Of a stretch of DNA of 64,000 bases, positions 60,600 to 64,000 are shown one piece after another. The position numbers and the translations under genes are program-made. The notes beneath the pieces were generated by a model that saw only the letters and a list, made by a program, of their open reading frames with translations, had not been told where the DNA came from and did not search any database. Position 1 is the stretch's first letter. The number at the start of each line of letters is the position of its first letter. The stretch comes from an uncultured Thermoplasmata archaeon (GTDB taxonomy: Archaea; Thermoplasmatota; Thermoplasmata; Lutacidiplasmatales; UBA184): NCBI GenBank assembly GCA_963708255.1, contig CAVPSE010000005.1, positions 94,062 to 158,061 of the forward strand. Direction: 5' to 3'.

Positions 60600-61572
60600 G
60601 CGAGTACACCGCCTCCCCCTCGGGAAGGTTCGGGGAATCTATCAGCCGGGCGATCCGCTTGGGGGGCTTCGATTTCCGCAGATAGAGGCGGTACGTGGCC
60701 GCATGGGCCACGATGTTCCCCCCGATCGGACGGGTCGGATCGCCGAACAGGATGTCGGGGCGGGCCGACACCTGGTTCGTCACCACGACGGCGGCGTTGT
60801 ACGTGTCGGCGAACTTCAGGAGCTCGTGGAGATGCTTGTTGAGGAGCTGCTGCCGGGGGGCGAGCTCCGCCCGTCCGGCGTACTCCGACCGGAAGTGAGA
60901 GGTCAGGGAGTCGACCACGATGAGCCGGATCGGCCGTTCCCGGGCGAGCTCCTGCGCCTTCTGGACCAGGAGCATCTGGTGGTTGGAGTTGAACGCCCGG
61001 GCGATGTGGACGTGCTCGAGGGCCTTTGTCGGATCGAGCCCGACGGCCTTCGCCATGTCGACGATCCGCTCGGGCCGGAACGTGCTCTCCGTGTCGATGT
61101 AGACCGCCTCGGCACTGAGTCCCCCCTGGTCGACGGGGAGCTGGATGTCGACGGCGACCTGGTGGGCGATCTGGGTCTTGCCGGTGCCGAACTCTCCGGC
61201 CAGCTCAGTGATCGCCTGGGTCTCGATGCCGCCCCCCAACAGCTCGTCCAATGACTTCGCGTTGGTGGTGATCCGGCCCAGCTTCTTGCGGCGCTCGAGG
61301 AGGGTCGTGCCGAGCTCGAAGCTCCCGACATCGGCGGCCTTCCGGGCCTCGGCAATGATGCGGGTGGCGATCGACGTACCGATCTCCGCGGCCTCGGCGA
61401 TGTCGCCGGGGGAGGCGGTGGCGATCTCCATGAGGTCGGTGTAGCCGGCCTCCCGGAGCTTGTCGGCGGTGGTCGGGCCGACGCCGCCCAGTTCTTCGAG
61501 GGCCATCTCACGCTTGGGGGGCTCGGATTCGGTAGGGGGCGCGTTGGGGCGTCCGGCGGGCTTCTGGGGCAC
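60574..61572 (-). CDS. radA: DNA repair and recombination protein RadA
   Basis: Hh[42 protein letters not shown]. Confidence 0.97.
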   Translation of the reverse strand: MPQKPAGRPNAPPTESEPPKREMALEELGGVGPTTADKLREAGYTDLMEIATASPGDIAEAAEIGTSIATRIIAEARKAADVGSFELGTTLLERRKKLGRITTNAKSLDELLGGGIETQAITELAGEFGTGKTQIAHQVAVDIQLPVDQGGLSAEAVYIDTESTFRPERIVDMAKAVGLDPTKALEHVHIARAFNSNHQMLLVQKAQELARERPIRLIVVDSLTSHFRSEYAGRAELAPRQQLLNKHLHELLKFADTYNAAVVVTNQVSARPDILFGDPTRPIGGNIVAHAATYRLYLRKSKPPKRIARLIDSPNLPEGEAVYSLTTEGIRE

Positions 61573-61663
61573 GTCGACTAGACCGTCGGGGCGGGGATAA
61601 GCGTGGGGGGGAGGTGGTGAAACGCGGGAGATGCGGGGCCGCGCGCCCCGCGCTACCGGGGTC

Positions 61664-62620
61664 TCACTGGGGCGCGGCCGACGCCGGGGCGAACGGCTGA
61701 CCCGTCAGCCGCTGGTACACGGTCGTGTAGAGTCGGCTCACCTCGTCCACGAGGAGGGGGGGGAGAGCGGGGATCGGGGGCTCGGGGGTGCCGGCGGCCC
61801 GGGCCTTCTGGAGGGTGTCGAAGTACCCGATCGATCGGTAGTGCTGCCGGACGAACTCCTTGGAGAACTCCGTGTGGCGGCCGCGCTGGAGCGCGTCGCG
61901 GTCCCAGAACCGGTCCTCGTCGGCGGTGCCGAACGTGTCGATCACCATGAGCGCGCCATCGGAGTCCACGGCGAACTCCTTCTTCCCGTCCACATGGATG
62001 AGGCCCCGGGGCTCGATCTCCGACTCCATGGCGGCGTCGATGCGAAGGATCATCTCCTGGATCTCGGCCATCTGGCGGGGGTCTAAGGCCGAGAGCTCGA
62101 GGCCCTCCGCCCGGGTGAGCAGCCGGTCGACCGGCTCGAGCTTGGTGGTGACCTCGAAGAGGGGGGCCGGGAGCTTCTCGCCGTAGGTGACCGTACGGCC
62201 GGCCGGGAGGCCCAGCTCCTCCGGGCCGGTCGTGCCGGCCTTCACCCGGTCCCAGAGGGACCCGGCGACATAGTAGCGGACGATGAACTCGAGCGGGATC
62301 AGGTAGTTGCGCGGGTTCGGGCCGAGGGTCCGGGGCTTCTGGACCACCTGGACGCGTTTGACCCGCATCGCCATCGGCCCGGAGAGGCCCAGGAAGTGGT
62401 GGGGGATCTTCAGCCGAGAGCACTGGTCGAACCAGTGGGCGGCGGTCAACGCGAGGGTCTCTCCCTTGTGGGGGATCTCCGAGGGGATGTGCTTGTCGAA
62501 CACCGAGATGTCGTTGGTGAACCGGAACTCGAGCTCGGTGGGCGAGATCTCGTAGACCTCCTTCACCTTGCCGCGTCGGATGTACTTCGGGGCGGCCGGG
62601 GCGGGTGGACGAGCGGGCAT
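61664..62620 (-). CDS. purC: SAICAR synthase
   Basis: [40 protein letters not shown]. Confidence 0.93.
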   Translation of the reverse strand: MPARPPAPAAPKYIRRGKVKEVYEISPTELEFRFTNDISVFDKHIPSEIPHKGETLALTAAHWFDQCSRLKIPHHFLGLSGPMAMRVKRVQVVQKPRTLGPNPRNYLIPLEFIVRYYVAGSLWDRVKAGTTGPEELGLPAGRTVTYGEKLPAPLFEVTTKLEPVDRLLTRAEGLELSALDPRQMAEIQEMILRIDAAMESEIEPRGLIHVDGKKEFAVDSDGALMVIDTFGTADEDRFWDRDALQRGRHTEFSKEFVRQHYRSIGYFDTLQKARAAGTPEPPIPALPPLLVDEVSRLYTTVYQRLTGQPFAPASAAPQ

Positions 62621-62754
62621 CGGCCTCCGAGGTCCCCCGGGTTAGATAGGTTTGCCGGGAGCCTGGGCGGATCGGCCCCGTCCCACCGGGAGGCCAGGGA
62701 CCTGTTTCACGCCCTCCCAGGGCCTTTTGGGAGAGCGCGGTCGTCCGCTCCGCG

Positions 62755-63797
62755 ATGGCGAAACGTTCTCCTACGACGGCCGGGAATCGGCCGCGGCCCG
62801 CACCCCCGAACGCGGGACGGCCGATCCTGGACTGGCTCCTCGAGGAGTCCCAGCCCGCCGTCCGGGTACCCGGACGCTGACCGAGCTCCTGCACCGGGAC
62901 GAGTCGGACAACGAGGTTCGGGCGGCCCGGGAGCAGATCTATCGCGTTGGCTGGGTGGCGGATATCCTGGCGACCCAGGGCCCGACGGGGGCGTGGCCGC
63001 CGGAGAAGAACTTCTACTCGCCCAAGTACCTCGCGACCAACTGGCAGCTCCTGGTCCTCGCAGACCTCGGCGCGACCCGTTCGGACCCCCGGATCGCGGG
63101 GATCGCCGAGCAGTGGATGGAACGGTTCTCCCGCCCTGACGGCGGGTTCGGGACCGGGGGTGCCCGTGGTCATCTATGTATCACCGGCAACTGCGTCCGC
63201 GCCCTGATTCAATTCGGGTATGGCGAGGATCCGCGGGTGCAGGCCGGGATCGAGTGGATGCTCCGGAACCAGGCCAAGCTCGGCGGCTGGTCCTGCTTCG
63301 GCTCCGGACGGAACCTCGATTCCTGGGAGCCCCTCAGCGCCTTCGCCGTCTACCCCCGAGCGAAATGGACGCCGCCGATCGAGCAGGCCGTCCAGCGGGG
63401 CGCCGAGTTCTTCCTGAGCCGGGAGCTCCACGTCCAGGGCGCGCCCTACTCACCCTGGGAGCGGTTCCACTACCCGGTCCACTACTACTACGACCTGCTC
63501 GTGGGGCTCGACCTGCTTACCGCGTTGGGGTTCGGCGCCGACCCGAGGCTCGGCTACGCCCTTTCGGTCCTGCGCACCCGTCGGCGCCGGGACGGGCGGT
63601 GGAACCTCGACGCCGTCCCGCCGGACGTCGAGGGAGGGATCGCCGAGTACTTCGCGACCCATCCGAAGGAGCGACCTACCCCGCTTGCCCTCGAGACGGT
63701 CGGCGCGCCCAGCAAGATGATCACGCTCACCGCGCTCAGGGTGCTCGACGCGGTCGAAGGAGTCACCGTCCCGCGGCCCCCCGCCCGCCCGGCGTGA
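62755..63797 (+). CDS. Prenyltransferase/squalene-cyclase-repeat (alpha/alpha toroid) protein, frameshift near 62868
   Basis: ILDWLLEESQPAVRY, then YSPKYLATNW, Q---GGW, YPVHYYYDLL, PSKMIT. Confidence 0.7.
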
Positions 63798-63824
63798 TCG
63801 AGGCGCTCAGCCGGTCCGGGCCGA

Positions 63825-64000
63825 TCAGCGGCGGGCCACGAGGAAGAGCCGGCGGAACGGGAACAGGACGTGCCCGTCCGGCTGGCGGGGGTACGCCGCC
63901 TCGATCCTCCGGCCGATCTCCTTCAAGAATTTCGCGGAGTCCGCCTCCGACCCCAGGGCCGTAAGGTAGGGGCGAAGCGTCGTCCCCTTGACCCATTCGG
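63825..64000 (-). CDS. tam: Trans-aconitate 2-methyltransferase, C-terminal part
   Basis: Hand translation: EWVKGTTLRPYL...AYPRQPDGHVLFPFRRLFLVARR*. Confidence 0.8.
   Translation of the reverse strand, partial: EWVKGTTLRPYLTALGSEADSAKFLKEIGRRIEAAYPRQPDGHVLFPFRRLFLVARR

Noticed and set aside
1367-63797. Frameshifts in about 16 genes (DUF72, atpD, atpC, rnz, hutI, nrdJ, gcvT, purP, polC twice, pilin, FAD oxidase, sodX, wtpA, wtpC, cyclase-like) as pseudogenes or programmed frameshifting
   Set aside because: They hit essential genes, many sit in G/C/A homopolymers, and both halves remain well conserved. Long-read indel errors are the simplest explanation; read-level polishing is needed to confirm.
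247-63996. Many long overlapping alternative-frame or antisense ORFs (e.g. 29214-32132 +, 10692-12713 +, 40759-42855 -)
   Set aside because: Arg/Pro/Gly-rich shadow ORFs are expected at very high GC opposite real genes; they show no motifs.
1-64000. CRISPR arrays, rRNA, IS elements, prophage, replication origin
   Set aside because: I saw no spaced direct repeats, rRNA-like sequence, transposase/integrase/capsid ORFs, cdc6 or ORB repeats.

Overview
Very GC-rich archaeal chromosomal segment of mostly housekeeping genes: A-type ATP synthase, PolD large subunit, RadA, FtsZ, PurP/PurH/PurC, class II RNR, RNase Z, hut and nad genes, and a WtpABC-type transporter. Gene content and TATA-type promoters fit a Thermoplasmata-like archaeon (inference). 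About 16 genes, several essential, are split by single-base frameshifts, many at homopolymers. This points to uncorrected long-read indels rather than real pseudogenes. Main observations absent from the ORF track: (1) a tRNA-Arg(TCG) with a 27-nt intron in the T-loop (59/60) forming a bulge-helix-bulge; (2) a 38-aa, 13-Cys metallothionein-like peptide with its own leaderless-type promoter; (3) a 40-aa membrane micropeptide coupled between atpD and atpH. Also notable: the ATP synthase genes sit in two convergent blocks (F-A-B-D-x-H-I and K-E-C), AtpA carries a 461-aa LAGLIDADG intein, and there is a divergent Ni-SOD/maturation protease (sodN/sodX) pair. Further candidates are a DUF929/VKOR disulfide-formation pair, a small basic tandem-repeat protein and a degenerate RadA-like gene at the left edge. 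All family calls come from visual motif recognition; no searches were run.
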